Positions 19,295-29,959 of a stretch of 48,919 nucleotides of DNA are shown here, piece by piece. Source of the DNA: a virus (taxonomy: Duplodnaviria > Caudoviricetes); the IMG/VR virus record IMGVR_UViG_3300026187_000025, positions 1-48,919 of that record; one strand, 5' to 3'. Both the position numbers and the translations under genes were made by a program. The notes beneath the pieces are model-generated. The model searched no databases, was not told where the DNA came from, and saw nothing but the letters and a program-made list of their open reading frames with translations. Each line of letters starts with the position of its first letter. Position 1 is the first letter of the stretch.

Positions 19295-21847
19295 ATGGGC
19301 TTAGAAATAACAGGAAATAGAATATTCCCCACCGGGAGTGTAGATATAGATGTGAGAAACATAGTGATGACAGGGTCAATGAACCCTGTCGTCCTTAATC
19401 TCGCAACACATACTAACGACTCTAACTTTGTAACATTTACTTCATCCGGCCCTAGAATATATAATACTAATAGAGGAGGAAGCGGTGCTCAAGGAAACCA
19501 AGGAGTCCAAGGATACACAGGACCTACAGGTGTAGGTGGTGGAGGTGGACCTCAAGGTACCCAAGGTGCTCAAGGATATCAGGGAAATCAAGGTGTTAAA
19601 GGATACCAAGGCCCTCAAGGCTATCAGGGAGTTCCTGGATATGGAGGTAGAACCGGGTATACTGGTCCTCAAGGTGGTCGCGGTGCTCAAGGTGGTCAAG
19701 GTAACACTGGATATACTGGATATAGAGGACCACAAGGTGGTAGAGGTGCTCAAGGTGCTATTGGCTTACAAGGTCCTACTGGAAGTAATGCAGGGGCTGG
19801 TGGTCCTACTGGTTTAGGAGGTCCTCAAGGAGGTCAAGGTGGCCAAGGTGGTCAAGGTCCTCGTGGTAATCAAGGGGGTCAAGGTCCTCAAGGTTTAGGT
19901 GGTAGAACAGGATTTACAGGACCTAGAGGTCCTCAAGGTACTCAAAGTAGTGTAAATGGTCCAACAGGATATAGAGGTCCACAAGGTGGACGTGGTGGTC
20001 AAGGTGGTACTGGACCTACTGGTTATACAGGTATAGCAGGATATAGAGGCCCACAAGGTGGTCAAGGTGTTCCTGGTAATATAGGTGCTCAAGGATACCA
20101 AGGTGTTCAAGGATATCAAGGAAATCAAGGGGGAACAGGTCCTACTGGATATGGTGGTAGAACAGGATTTAATGGACCTAGAGGTCCTCAAGGAGGAGCA
20201 GGACCACAAGGTCCCCAAGGATATCAAGGTGTTCAAGGATATAGAGGTAACCAAGGAGGTCAAGGATTAACTGGACTTACTGGTTATCAAGGACCCCAAG
20301 GTGGTCAAGGTGGTAGAGGTGCTCAAGGTACTGGTCCTGGTCCTACTGGATATAGAGGACCACAAGGTGGTAGAGGTACTCAAGGTGGTCAAGGTGGTAG
20401 AGGTATTCAAGGATATACAGGACGTACAGCAACACCAGGAAGTAGAGGTGCTCAAGGTACTGGCCCTGGACCTACGGGATATAGAGGTCCCCAAGGATAT
20501 CAAGGAGAACAAGGTAGTCAAGGTAGTAGGGGATCTCAAGGATACACTGGTAGAACAGCTACAGTTGGTGATAGAGGACCACAAGGCCCAGGACCCGGTC
20601 CTAATGGATATAGAGGACCACAAGGTGGTAGAGGTACTCAAGGTGGTCAAGGAGGCAGAGGTGCTCAAGGATACACTGGTAGAACAGCTGCTGGTGGTGA
20701 CCGAGGACCACAAGGTTCAGGACCCGGTCCAACAGGATATCAAGGCCCTCAAGGATATCAAGGAGAACAAGGAGGACAAGGTAATAGAGGACCCCAAGGA
20801 TACACTGGTAGAACAGCTGCTGGAGGTGACAGAGGTCCTCAAGGTACAGGTCCCGGTCCTCAAGGATATCAAGGTCCTCAAGGATATCAGGGTAGACAAG
20901 GATATGCTGGTGCTCAAGGTTATCAAGGTCCTCAAGGAGGTCAAGGTGGTGGTGGTGCTAATGGTAGAATAGGCTCTAGTGCCAATACAGGATATCAAGG
21001 ACCACAAGGTGGTAATGGAGGACAAGGACCACAAGGACCACAAGGATATCAAGGTAATTTCCCTTCAGGATATAGGGGACCCCAAGGTAGACAAGGAGCA
21101 AATGCTAATGTAGGTTTAGGCGGAGAACCAGGCCCTCAAGGGTATCAAGGCCCTGCATCAACTACATCAGCACCAGGATATAGAGGCCCTCAAGGTGGTA
21201 GAGGTGCTCAAGGTACTGCAGCAAACACTGGATATCAAGGCCCTCAAGGATACACTGGATATACAGGATCTGATGGACCCCAAGGTAGTGGAGGTCCTAG
21301 AGGTTCTCAAGGTCCTAGAGGACCTCAAAGTTCAACTACTGGTCCTGTAGGAGCTACCTTCCAAGGTAAACCTAATACAGGTAGTAGTGACATATACATA
21401 AATAATGGTGGAGATTTTCTACCAAATAGTGCTTTTACTCAATTAGGAATTGCTGCTGCAGGGCAAACTCTTAGCGGTGCGGGAACTACAAGTAATATGA
21501 ATGGTATTTTATTCCCTGCAGGAATATATTATGTTGAGGTAAGTGTACAGATTGAAGCTATGATGGATTTAATACAAGGATCTAATACAGGTAGTAGCTC
21601 AGAATTTTTAACATTTGGTCTCTATACAGGTAACCCAGCTACAACTACAGCATATATGGAAGCATCTAAAATGATGTCTGCTATCCAACAATTCCAAATG
21701 ATGTATTGTGGGGGTACTGCTGTTAGTATATTAAACTTTCCTACTAATACTACACTTTATTTATACGCAATGCCTAATGGATTTGATGCTAGTTCTGCAT
21801 CCCAACCAGCAGCTCAAACAAATGTATTAGTTACTAAATTTATTTAA
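19295..21847 (+). CDS. Collagen-like (GPQ/GYQ/GGR) protein A with C1q/BclA-like C-terminal domain
   Basis: Gly-X-Y tract ~19475-21365 with a 129-nt internal period; C-terminal beta domain containing GIYYVEVSV. Confidence 0.8.
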   Translation: MGLEITGNRIFPTGSVDIDVRNIVMTGSMNPVVLNLATHTNDSNFVTFTSSGPRIYNTNRGGSGAQGNQGVQGYTGPTGVGGGGGPQGTQGAQGYQGNQGVKGYQGPQGYQGVPGYGGRTGYTGPQGGRGAQGGQGNTGYTGYRGPQGGRGAQGAIGLQGPTGSNAGAGGPTGLGGPQGGQGGQGGQGPRGNQGGQGPQGLGGRTGFTGPRGPQGTQSSVNGPTGYRGPQGGRGGQGGTGPTGYTGIAGYRGPQGGQGVPGNIGAQGYQGVQGYQGNQGGTGPTGYGGRTGFNGPRGPQGGAGPQGPQGYQGVQGYRGNQGGQGLTGLTGYQGPQGGQGGRGAQGTGPGPTGYRGPQGGRGTQGGQGGRGIQGYTGRTATPGSRGAQGTGPGPTGYRGPQGYQGEQGSQGSRGSQGYTGRTATVGDRGPQGPGPGPNGYRGPQGGRGTQGGQGGRGAQGYTGRTAAGGDRGPQGSGPGPTGYQGPQGYQGEQGGQGNRGPQGYTGRTAAGGDRGPQGTGPGPQGYQGPQGYQGRQGYAGAQGYQGPQGGQGGGGANGRIGSSANTGYQGPQGGNGGQGPQGPQGYQGNFPSGYRGPQGRQGANANVGLGGEPGPQGYQGPASTTSAPGYRGPQGGRGAQGTAANTGYQGPQGYTGYTGSDGPQGSGGPRGSQGPRGPQSSTTGPVGATFQGKPNTGSSDIYINNGGDFLPNSAFTQLGIAAAGQTLSGAGTTSNMNGILFPAGIYYVEVSVQIEAMMDLIQGSNTGSSSEFLTFGLYTGNPATTTAYMEASKMMSAIQQFQMMYCGGTAVSILNFPTNTTLYLYAMPNGFDASSASQPAAQTNVLVTKFI

Positions 21848-21861
21848 AATATTTATAATAA

Positions 21862-24363
21862 ATGGGATTAAAAATAGTAAATAATCAAATATTACCAACA
21901 GGTAGTTCTACCGAAATCCATATTGAAAATGTGATTTTTGATGGTAGTGTCCCTATTGTAGATGTTTTATCCTCAAATCCTTCTACAGGTAATTACATTG
22001 GTGTAGATGCTAATGGAATATTATATAAACGCGCTAAAACACCAGGATACACAGGAGGACGTGGTGCTCAAGGTAACCAAGGATATGGAGGTAGAACCGG
22101 ATATAGTGGTCCAGGAGGTGGCAGAGGTGCTCAAGGAGGTCAAGGTGGTCGAGGGGGTCAAGGTGGCCGAGGTAATCAAGGGGGTCGAGGAAATCAAGGA
22201 GGACAAGGTCCTCAAGGATATACAGGTAGAGCTGGAGTTGGAGGAACAGGCGGTCCCCAAGGTGGTCAAGGTGGCCAAGGAAATAATGGTAGAACCGGAC
22301 ATCAAGGAATTATAGGACCACAAGGAGCTACAGGTTTTCAAGGACTTGCAGGTTTTTATGGCCCTCAAGGATATACTGGTAGAACAGGTACTGGAGGCCC
22401 AGGAGGATTTAATGGTAGAACAGGATATGTAGGTCCTGTAGGTTCACAAGGATATCAAGGACCTCAAGGATATGGTGGTTTCACAGGTATAGTAGGTACT
22501 CAAGGAGGACAAGGTGCTCAAGGATATGGAGGTCGTACAGGTAATACAGGTATTGTAGGTCCTCAAGGACCTCAAGGATATCAAGGACCTCAAGGATACA
22601 CTAACGCTATTGGACATCAAGGTGCTCAAGGAGGTCGTGGTGGTCAAGGTGGTAGAGGAGGACAAGGTCCTACTGGATATAAAGGACCCCAAGGACCACA
22701 AGGATATCAAGGACCTCAAGGATACACTAATGCTACTGGATTTACAGGAGCTCAAGGAGGTCGTGGTGGTCAAGGTGGTAGAGGAGGACAAGGTCCTACG
22801 GGACATAAAGGTCATCAAGGATATAGAGGACCACAAGGTGGTCAAGGAAGTGGTGGTCCTGGAGGATATCAAGGTAGAGCTGGTGGTCAGGGTGCTCAAG
22901 GTGCTGGAGGTAGAACAGGCTATACAGGTATTGTAGGTCCAACTGGATATAGAGGACCACAAGGTACTCAAGGACCTGTTGGATATGAAGGATATCAAGG
23001 TAGAGCTGGTGGTCAAGGAGCTCAAGGACTTCGTGGAGGTCAAGGTGCTAGAGGTGTTTTAGGACCTACTGGATATAGAGGACCTCAAGGTACTCAAGGA
23101 CCAAAAGGATACACTGGTCATACTGGTTATACTGGGGGTCAAGGTGCTCAAGGCCTTGTTGGTTACACAGGCCATACAGGTATTGTAGGTCACACAGGAT
23201 ATAGAGGACCACAAGGTACTCAAGGACCTAAAGGATATACAGGTTATACTGGTAGAGCAGGTGGTCAAGGTGCCCAAGGTGGTCGTGGCCCTCAAGGTGC
23301 CAGAGGTGCTTTAGGTCCAACAGGATATAGAGGACCACAAGGTACTCAAGGACCTAAAGGTTATACTGGATATCAAGGTAGAGCTGGTGGTCAAGGTGCT
23401 CAAGGTGGTCGTGGAGGTCAAGGACCACAAGGTGGTCAAGGAAGTAGAGGCCCCCAAGGTGGACCAGGTACTGGAGGTGATACTGGAGCTCAAGGATTTC
23501 AAGGTTTCAATAGAGCGGGTTCTCAAGGTCCTCAAGGATATGGTGGTAGAACAGGTTATCCTGGACCTCAAGGAGGTAGAGGAACCCAAGGTCCTGTAGG
23601 TCCTCAAGGACCTCAAGGATATGATGGAGTTCAAGGTGTTAATTTAGCCGGGACACAAGGTCCTCAAGGTTATAGTGGATATAGAGGCCCACAAGGAGGA
23701 ACAGGTAACCCAGGTCCTCAAGGACCTCAAGGATATAATGGTAGAACAGGTGCCACAGGATATGCTAGAGGAGGACAAGGTGCTCAAGGTATTCAAGGTG
23801 CTCAAGGTGGTCAAGGTGGTAGCCCTACTGGTCCTGGGGGATATACAGGACCTTCAGGTCCTACAGGTTATACGGGACTCGCAGGTTCTACAGGACCTAC
23901 TGGAATAGGTAGTATAACAAATCCAACTTGGGCTGTATATCAAGGAACTAATAATACATCTTTAACTGTTGATCCGGGATTACAAAATCCATCATTTGCT
24001 ACTTCAATTCCTTTAGCAGGTACAAGTTCAGATAATAATATTATAACTTTACAAGGAGGAAACCAAGTAAACCTAAATAACCCAGGTACTTATTACATAC
24101 AGATGGGGTGGCATTATAGCGATCAATTTGGTAGTGATAAATTTATGGGTGTATGTTGGGATGCAGCTTCTGGAGTAGAAATAGGAGGAGCAGGAGGATA
24201 TGCTTATGGTGGTAATCATCATGCTGAAACATTTAGTACTAGTGTTCTCTATACCGTAGGATCATTTGCACAATTACAATTTAAAGGAATAGTAATAACT
24301 GGATTTAACCCATCATCAACTTTTTGGGCTTATTTTACAGTTAATATTGTAAAAGTATCATAA
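21862..24363 (+). CDS. Collagen-like protein B with C1q/BclA-like C-terminal domain
   Basis: Gly-X-Y tract ~22045-23910 with a 126-nt period; C-terminal GTYYIQMGWHY; N-terminus paralogous to A and C. Confidence 0.8.
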   Translation: MGLKIVNNQILPTGSSTEIHIENVIFDGSVPIVDVLSSNPSTGNYIGVDANGILYKRAKTPGYTGGRGAQGNQGYGGRTGYSGPGGGRGAQGGQGGRGGQGGRGNQGGRGNQGGQGPQGYTGRAGVGGTGGPQGGQGGQGNNGRTGHQGIIGPQGATGFQGLAGFYGPQGYTGRTGTGGPGGFNGRTGYVGPVGSQGYQGPQGYGGFTGIVGTQGGQGAQGYGGRTGNTGIVGPQGPQGYQGPQGYTNAIGHQGAQGGRGGQGGRGGQGPTGYKGPQGPQGYQGPQGYTNATGFTGAQGGRGGQGGRGGQGPTGHKGHQGYRGPQGGQGSGGPGGYQGRAGGQGAQGAGGRTGYTGIVGPTGYRGPQGTQGPVGYEGYQGRAGGQGAQGLRGGQGARGVLGPTGYRGPQGTQGPKGYTGHTGYTGGQGAQGLVGYTGHTGIVGHTGYRGPQGTQGPKGYTGYTGRAGGQGAQGGRGPQGARGALGPTGYRGPQGTQGPKGYTGYQGRAGGQGAQGGRGGQGPQGGQGSRGPQGGPGTGGDTGAQGFQGFNRAGSQGPQGYGGRTGYPGPQGGRGTQGPVGPQGPQGYDGVQGVNLAGTQGPQGYSGYRGPQGGTGNPGPQGPQGYNGRTGATGYARGGQGAQGIQGAQGGQGGSPTGPGGYTGPSGPTGYTGLAGSTGPTGIGSITNPTWAVYQGTNNTSLTVDPGLQNPSFATSIPLAGTSSDNNIITLQGGNQVNLNNPGTYYIQMGWHYSDQFGSDKFMGVCWDAASGVEIGGAGGYAYGGNHHAETFSTSVLYTVGSFAQLQFKGIVITGFNPSSTFWAYFTVNIVKVS

Positions 24364-24388
24364 ATTATATTTATAATAAAATAGAATA

Positions 24389-27300
24389 ATGGGTTTAGAA
24401 ATAAGAGGAAATAAAATTTATGTTACTGGAAGTACTACACAATCCATAATGGAAAGTGCTGTATTTTCAGGGTCCTATGCCGATATTGATACTATTACTA
24501 CTCATAATAGTATAGAAACCTATTTAACAATTAACCCAACTACAGGACAACTTCGTAAAACAAATAGTGTTACCGGTCATTCAGGTCATTCAGGTCCTCA
24601 AGGTGCTCAAGGAGGACAAGGAGGTCAAGGTCCAACAGGATATACTGGATATGGAGGTAGAACAGGTAATACTGGTATTGGTGGAGATACGGGGTATGGA
24701 GGTAGAACAGGTGCTACTCCTTCTGTAGGTCCTCAAGGTGGTCAAGGTAACCAAGGTGTTCAAGGATATGGTGGTTACACAGGTCCAACTGGAGGTGGTG
24801 GTGCTCAAGGATATCAAGGTGTTCAAGGTTACCAAGGTATTAGAAGTAATGTAAGTTTTCTTTCATATGAAGTATATTCTACCCACTATGGTAATGGTAC
24901 TACAAGTGATTATGTAAAGAATGGATTTACAAGTTACCCTAATAATGCTACCCAATTTGATATTTTATTAAATACAAATTTACCTGCTACTACTTTAGTA
25001 GGAACAGGAACTATTGACGTTAATACAGGTATTGACTTTGTAACTTATACTACTTTAGTAACTGCTGGAGTCCCAGTCCCTAATTCAGGAGCATATTATG
25101 CTTTTGTAGTAATGGGTACGTTTGTACCTTCACAAACTGGTACATATACGTTCTCATGTGAATCGGATGATTCCGGTGATTTATACATTAATAATACGTT
25201 TGTATGTGGTTTTTATGGTGGTAGAGGTACCCCTCCCATTGGTACTACAACAGGTACTATTTCATTAACTGCAGGAGTAGCTTACAACTTTAAAGCTAGA
25301 ATGCAAGAATATTCTGGTGGGGATGGTTTACGAGTTTATTGGCAAAAACCAGGTTCATCAACTTGGCAAATAGATGCTACTGAATTATTTGATGATATAG
25401 GTAGTCAAAATACACTAAAAGGTGCTCAAGGAGGTCAAGGCGGTCAAGGTAATCAAGGATATTTAGGTTATCAAGGTCCCCAAGGGTCACAAGGTTATCA
25501 AGGTGGTGTAAATGGATATAGAGGTCCTCAAGGAGGTCGCGGTGGTCAAGGTTCTCAAGGTTACCAAGGTATTAGAGGTCCTGAACCTCGTGGTCCTCAA
25601 GGCTATCAAGGACCTCAAGGATATCAAGGAGGAGAAACAGGTAACCAAGGTGGTCAAGGAGGTCAAGGTGCTCAAGGTTATCAAGGTTTCCAAGGTAGAA
25701 ACCCTACAGGAAACCCAGGTCGCACAGGACATGGTGGCTCACAAGGTTACCAAGGAGGTCCTCAAGGTGGTCGAGGAGGTCAAGGAGGAAGAGGTCCTCA
25801 AGGTCCTCAAGGATACCAAGGTACTTCTCCTACAGGAAGAACAGGATATACAGGAATTGGAGGTCCACAAGGATACCAAGGTGGTCCTCAAGGAGGACAA
25901 GGAGGTACAGGTAACACAGGTAACACTGGTTACAGAGGTCCTCAAGGTTATCAAGGTAACCAACCAACAGGTCCTCAGGGATATCAAGGACCTCAAGGTT
26001 ATCAAGGCGGTCCCCAAGGACCTCAGGGATATACAGGCCCAGGTACAGGTAGAGGACCACAGGGTCCTCAAGGTTATCAAGGTAACCAACCAACAGGTCC
26101 TCAAGGATATGATGGTAGAATAGGTCATCAAGGTGGTCCTCAAGGTCCTCAGGGATACACAGGCCCAGGTACAGGTAGAGGTTCTCAAGGACCCCAAGGT
26201 TATCAAGGTAACCAACCAACAGGTCCTCAAGGATATCAAGGCTCACAAGGTTATCAAGGTGGTCCTCAAGGTCCTCAGGGATACACAGGTCCTGGTACAG
26301 GCAGAGGCTCCCAGGGTCCTCAAGGTTATCAAGGTAATCAACCTACGGGTCCTACAGGGTATGGTGGTAGAACTGGTCATCAAGGTGGTCCTCAAGGTCC
26401 TCAAGGATATACAGGTCCTGGTACAGGCAGAGGCTCCCAGGGTCCTCAAGGTTACCAAGGTAATCAACCAACAGGACGTACAGGATATGGTGGTAGAACA
26501 GGTATAGGTGGTACTCCAAATGATACAGTAGGATATACAGGACACAAAGGATACCAAGGTCCACAAGGACCACAAGGTGTACCGGGACCAAATCCAAGAG
26601 GTTCTCAAGGATATCAAGGTAATCAAGGTGTTCCTACTGGATATACAGGACGAGTTGGATACTCTGGTGGTCAAGGAGGTAGAGGTTCTCAAGGCTATCA
26701 AGGACATTCAGGCTCTAATCCACGAGGAGGTCAAGGTCCCCAAGGCAGTCCGGGTAGATTAGGAAATCAAAATGGACCTCAGGGAACTAGAGGATCTCAA
26801 GGTTATCAAGGACCTCAAGGATATCAAGGTTCAAACCCTACAGGTAAAGCAGGTGCTACTGGACCCACAGGACCTAACAACCCAGGCCCTAGAGGACCTC
26901 AAGGTGCTCAAGGTTACAGAGGACCTCAAGGTTATAGAGGACCCCAAGGTTCTCAAGGCCAACGCTCAATAGGTGAAGGTGAAGTAATGATTTTTGACAT
27001 CAATCTAAATACCGCTTTAGGTCTTCAAGAACCTTCAGCTGTACAAATGACCGGAATGAATAATATTATTAATGCTAATACATCATATTTTACTCCTTTA
27101 AATTCAGGAGGAAATTACTATGGTATTAGAGTTAATTTTACTTCTACATATTACATTGAAGCATCTTTTAAATTTACTTTAGGGACAGGATATAGCCAAT
27201 CAAATGGTGGGTTCTTTAAACTCGTAAAAACAACAGCTACTAACACTTATTTAAGTATGGCTCGTAGCCGTATTCAAAATTCAAATACACACGGAGGTGT

Positions 27301-27424
27301 AGCTAAATTATATTGGACGGGTACTTTAAACGCTAACGATATTATTACCATATATGGATGGAGAATTAATACTAATAATGTTATTACTGTAGATACAGGC
27401 CAAATTATTATGTCAACTATTTAA
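24389..27424 (+). CDS. Collagen-like protein C with inserted PA14-like domain and C1q/BclA-like C-terminus
   Basis: Gly-X-Y tracts ~24574-24840 and ~25421-26960; PA14 signature GTF.P..TGTYTF...SDD...LYIN...ISLTAG..Y......EYSGG..L...W..PG; C-terminal STYYIEASF...[10 protein letters not shown]. Confidence 0.8.
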   Translation: MGLEIRGNKIYVTGSTTQSIMESAVFSGSYADIDTITTHNSIETYLTINPTTGQLRKTNSVTGHSGHSGPQGAQGGQGGQGPTGYTGYGGRTGNTGIGGDTGYGGRTGATPSVGPQGGQGNQGVQGYGGYTGPTGGGGAQGYQGVQGYQGIRSNVSFLSYEVYSTHYGNGTTSDYVKNGFTSYPNNATQFDILLNTNLPATTLVGTGTIDVNTGIDFVTYTTLVTAGVPVPNSGAYYAFVVMGTFVPSQTGTYTFSCESDDSGDLYINNTFVCGFYGGRGTPPIGTTTGTISLTAGVAYNFKARMQEYSGGDGLRVYWQKPGSSTWQIDATELFDDIGSQNTLKGAQGGQGGQGNQGYLGYQGPQGSQGYQGGVNGYRGPQGGRGGQGSQGYQGIRGPEPRGPQGYQGPQGYQGGETGNQGGQGGQGAQGYQGFQGRNPTGNPGRTGHGGSQGYQGGPQGGRGGQGGRGPQGPQGYQGTSPTGRTGYTGIGGPQGYQGGPQGGQGGTGNTGNTGYRGPQGYQGNQPTGPQGYQGPQGYQGGPQGPQGYTGPGTGRGPQGPQGYQGNQPTGPQGYDGRIGHQGGPQGPQGYTGPGTGRGSQGPQGYQGNQPTGPQGYQGSQGYQGGPQGPQGYTGPGTGRGSQGPQGYQGNQPTGPTGYGGRTGHQGGPQGPQGYTGPGTGRGSQGPQGYQGNQPTGRTGYGGRTGIGGTPNDTVGYTGHKGYQGPQGPQGVPGPNPRGSQGYQGNQGVPTGYTGRVGYSGGQGGRGSQGYQGHSGSNPRGGQGPQGSPGRLGNQNGPQGTRGSQGYQGPQGYQGSNPTGKAGATGPTGPNNPGPRGPQGAQGYRGPQGYRGPQGSQGQRSIGEGEVMIFDINLNTALGLQEPSAVQMTGMNNIINANTSYFTPLNSGGNYYGIRVNFTSTYYIEASFKFTLGTGYSQSNGGFFKLVKTTATNTYLSMARSRIQNSNTHGGVAKLYWTGTLNANDIITIYGWRINTNNVITVDTGQIIMSTI

Positions 27425-27428
27425 TTTT

Positions 27429-27462
27429 AGGTTGGAATCCTAAATTAAAAATGTTATATTTA
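27429..27462 (+). promoter_or_regulatory. AGGTTGGA-N18-TATATTTA bipartite promoter-like element
   Basis: Identical boxes and spacing at 47900-47933; resembles the Bacteroidota TTG...TAnnTTTG consensus. Confidence 0.55.
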
Positions 27463-27478
27463 TCGAAAATAGTTATTT

Positions 27479-28720
27479 ATGAAATTAAGTGTAGTTACAC
27501 CTACCCATAAGGGTATATATCTTCAAGAATTATATGAATCATTAAAGAGCCAAACCTATGAAAATTGGGAGTGGCTTCTTTATTTGAATGGAGGTTTACG
27601 TAAAGATGATCTTTCATCTGAAATTTTAAACGATTCTCGTGTAGTAATTCACCACGATTTAAAAAATCCTCTAAGTACAAATGTAGGGTATTTAAAAAAC
27701 AGAGCATTCCATTTAGCAACAGGAGAAATTCTAGTAGAAGTCGATCATGATGATGTTATTACTCCTGATTGTCTTGAAGAAGTAGCAAAAGGATTTGAAG
27801 ATCCTGAAATTGGATTTGTTTATAGTGATAATGCTAAACTACAGGATGATTTTATTCCTTATGGTGCCGAATTTGGATGGACATACAAACCAGCATTTTG
27901 GCAAGGTAAAGAATATATTTCAATGGATTCATTTGAACCCTCCGCTAATTGTATGGGTTTAATTTGGTATGCTCCTGATCACGTTCGTGCTTGGAGAGCA
28001 TCGGTTTATAAAGAAGTAGGAGGTCATAATGAAAATTTATCTATTTTAGACGATCAAGATTTAATGATGAGAACTTATATGGTTACTCTGTTTAAATATA
28101 TTCCTAAAACTTTATATTTTTATCGTATCTATGGTGACAATACTTGGTTACAACGTAATCAAGAAATCCAAGATGGTACTATACAAATGATGTTAGAATG
28201 GCAACAACGTTTAGCAGAACGTGATGCTGATTTACGCGGTTTACGTAAACTTGATATTGGAGGAGGTTTATACCCTCGTGAAGGATACGAATCAGTTGAT
28301 ATTCAAAACGGAATGATTACTGCTGATTTAAATGGTAAATGGCCGTTTGAAGACGATTCAGTCGGTGTGATCAACGCTTCCCATGTCCTTGAACATTTAC
28401 ACGATAAACACCACTCTATGTCGGAAATACACAGGGTATTAGCTGATAAAGCATGGGCGTTTATTGAAGTTCCTTCAACTGATGGTAGAGGTGCTTTCCA
28501 AGATCCAACTCACGTTAGTTATTGGAACCAAAATTCATTCTGGTATTATACAGACAAATATTATGCTGATTTTATTTATAATGATAAAATTAAATTCCAG
28601 GCATTTAATGTAGACACTTATTTTCCTAATGAATGGATGTATGATAATAATATTCCTGTTACTCGAGCTTATTTAAGTGCAATTAAAAGCGACGAACGTC
28701 GCCCCGGACCTAGACCATGA
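27479..28720 (+). CDS. GT2-family glycosyltransferase fused to a class I SAM methyltransferase-like domain
   Basis: SVVTPTH...SLKSQTYENWEW, EVDHDD (DxD), VGGH....DDQDL; C-terminal LDIGGG, DLNGKWPFEDDSV, SHVLEHL, AFQDPTH. Confidence 0.85.
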   Translation: MKLSVVTPTHKGIYLQELYESLKSQTYENWEWLLYLNGGLRKDDLSSEILNDSRVVIHHDLKNPLSTNVGYLKNRAFHLATGEILVEVDHDDVITPDCLEEVAKGFEDPEIGFVYSDNAKLQDDFIPYGAEFGWTYKPAFWQGKEYISMDSFEPSANCMGLIWYAPDHVRAWRASVYKEVGGHNENLSILDDQDLMMRTYMVTLFKYIPKTLYFYRIYGDNTWLQRNQEIQDGTIQMMLEWQQRLAERDADLRGLRKLDIGGGLYPREGYESVDIQNGMITADLNGKWPFEDDSVGVINASHVLEHLHDKHHSMSEIHRVLADKAWAFIEVPSTDGRGAFQDPTHVSYWNQNSFWYYTDKYYADFIYNDKIKFQAFNVDTYFPNEWMYDNNIPVTRAYLSAIKSDERRPGPRP

Positions 28721-29361
28721 TGACAGAACAATTCCAACAATTTCATAATATAATAAGATCAGGTATTAATAATGGTACCGATATCTCAGTAGTAGCAGTT
28801 GATAATTTTTATAGTGATCCTGATAGTATTAGGGAATTTACTATGAATAATTTTAATTTTGAACCTTCACAATGGCATAAAGGTAAACGTAGTCATGAAA
28901 AACTAATTGTTGAAGGTACTAAAGAAAAAATCGAACAAGTATTAAATGCGAAAGTAACTAATTGGGATTATAATTACAATGGAGTATTCCAATACTGCAC
29001 AGCTCAAGATCCCTTGGTTTACCATTGTGATACTCAACAATACGCCGCAGTAGTATTTTTAACCCCTGATGCCCCTCCAGAATCAGGTACAAATTTTTAT
29101 CGTTCTAGATTAACAGGTAAAACACGTTTTGAACCTTGGGAAAATGGATCAGAAGAATATAATATTACATTCCAAGATGGTAATTATTATGATAAAACTA
29201 AACTCGAACTAATTGATAAAATAGGTAATGTGTATAATAGATTAGCAATTTGGGATGCTCGCACAATCCATGCTGCTAGTGAATACTTTGGTGATAACAT
29301 TTATAATTCGCGTTACTTCCATATGTTCTTTTTTGATTGTGATAAACCCGAAATACGCTAA
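28717..29361 (+). CDS. 2OG-Fe(II) oxygenase-like protein (DUF6445-type)
   Basis: VDNFYSDPD start, HCD (HxD), AAVVFLTP, GTNFY, YNRL...IHA, distal R. Confidence 0.7.
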   Translation: MMTEQFQQFHNIIRSGINNGTDISVVAVDNFYSDPDSIREFTMNNFNFEPSQWHKGKRSHEKLIVEGTKEKIEQVLNAKVTNWDYNYNGVFQYCTAQDPLVYHCDTQQYAAVVFLTPDAPPESGTNFYRSRLTGKTRFEPWENGSEEYNITFQDGNYYDKTKLELIDKIGNVYNRLAIWDARTIHAASEYFGDNIYNSRYFHMFFFDCDKPEIR

Positions 29362-29954
29362 TGAAAACTTTTTATAATTTTGACCCAGACTTGTCAACAA
29401 ACCCTACAGAATTTTATTGGTTTGAACAAGGATTTAATTCACAAGAAATAGATAAAATTATTGCTGATTGTAGCAAAGTTCCTACTCAATATGGTTCAAT
29501 CGCTGGGGGTGGGGCTGAAGATGAAATTACTAGTATTCGTAAATCTACTGTTAGATGGATTCCTCAAACCGATGAATTTAGTTGGATTTACTGGCGCATC
29601 TCAGATCTAGTAACTGAGGCTAATTCAATTTGGAATTTTGATTTACATTCAATGCCTGAAGCTATCCAATATACTGAATATTTTGATAATGGAGGTCACT
29701 ACGATTGGCACCAAGATATTGGTCCCGGTGAATTAAGTATTAGAAAAGTATCAGTTACTATTCAACTTTCAGATAGTGATGATTATGATGGAGGTGATCT
29801 AGAAATATTAAGAGGATCTACTGAAGAAAAAACAGTACGTGGTAAAGGAGCCACAGTTATTTTCCCTTCTTATTTACTTCATAGAGTTACTCCTATAACT
29901 AGGGGAACTAGAAGATCTTTAGTATTATGGTTAGGCGGTTCACATTTTAAATAA
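29361..29954 (+). CDS. 2OG-Fe(II) oxygenase, PKHD/prolyl-hydroxylase-like
   Basis: YDWHQD (HxD), RKVSVTIQLS, YDGGDL, FPSYLLHRVTP...G.RRSLV.W. Confidence 0.9.
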   Translation: MKTFYNFDPDLSTNPTEFYWFEQGFNSQEIDKIIADCSKVPTQYGSIAGGGAEDEITSIRKSTVRWIPQTDEFSWIYWRISDLVTEANSIWNFDLHSMPEAIQYTEYFDNGGHYDWHQDIGPGELSIRKVSVTIQLSDSDDYDGGDLEILRGSTEEKTVRGKGATVIFPSYLLHRVTPITRGTRRSLVLWLGGSHFK

Positions 29955-29959
29955 AATTT

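Noticed and set aside
19442-26972. Alternative-frame ORFs (STLT, KVLKD, LEDL-rich) over the collagen-like genes
   Set aside because: Same frame-shadow effect.
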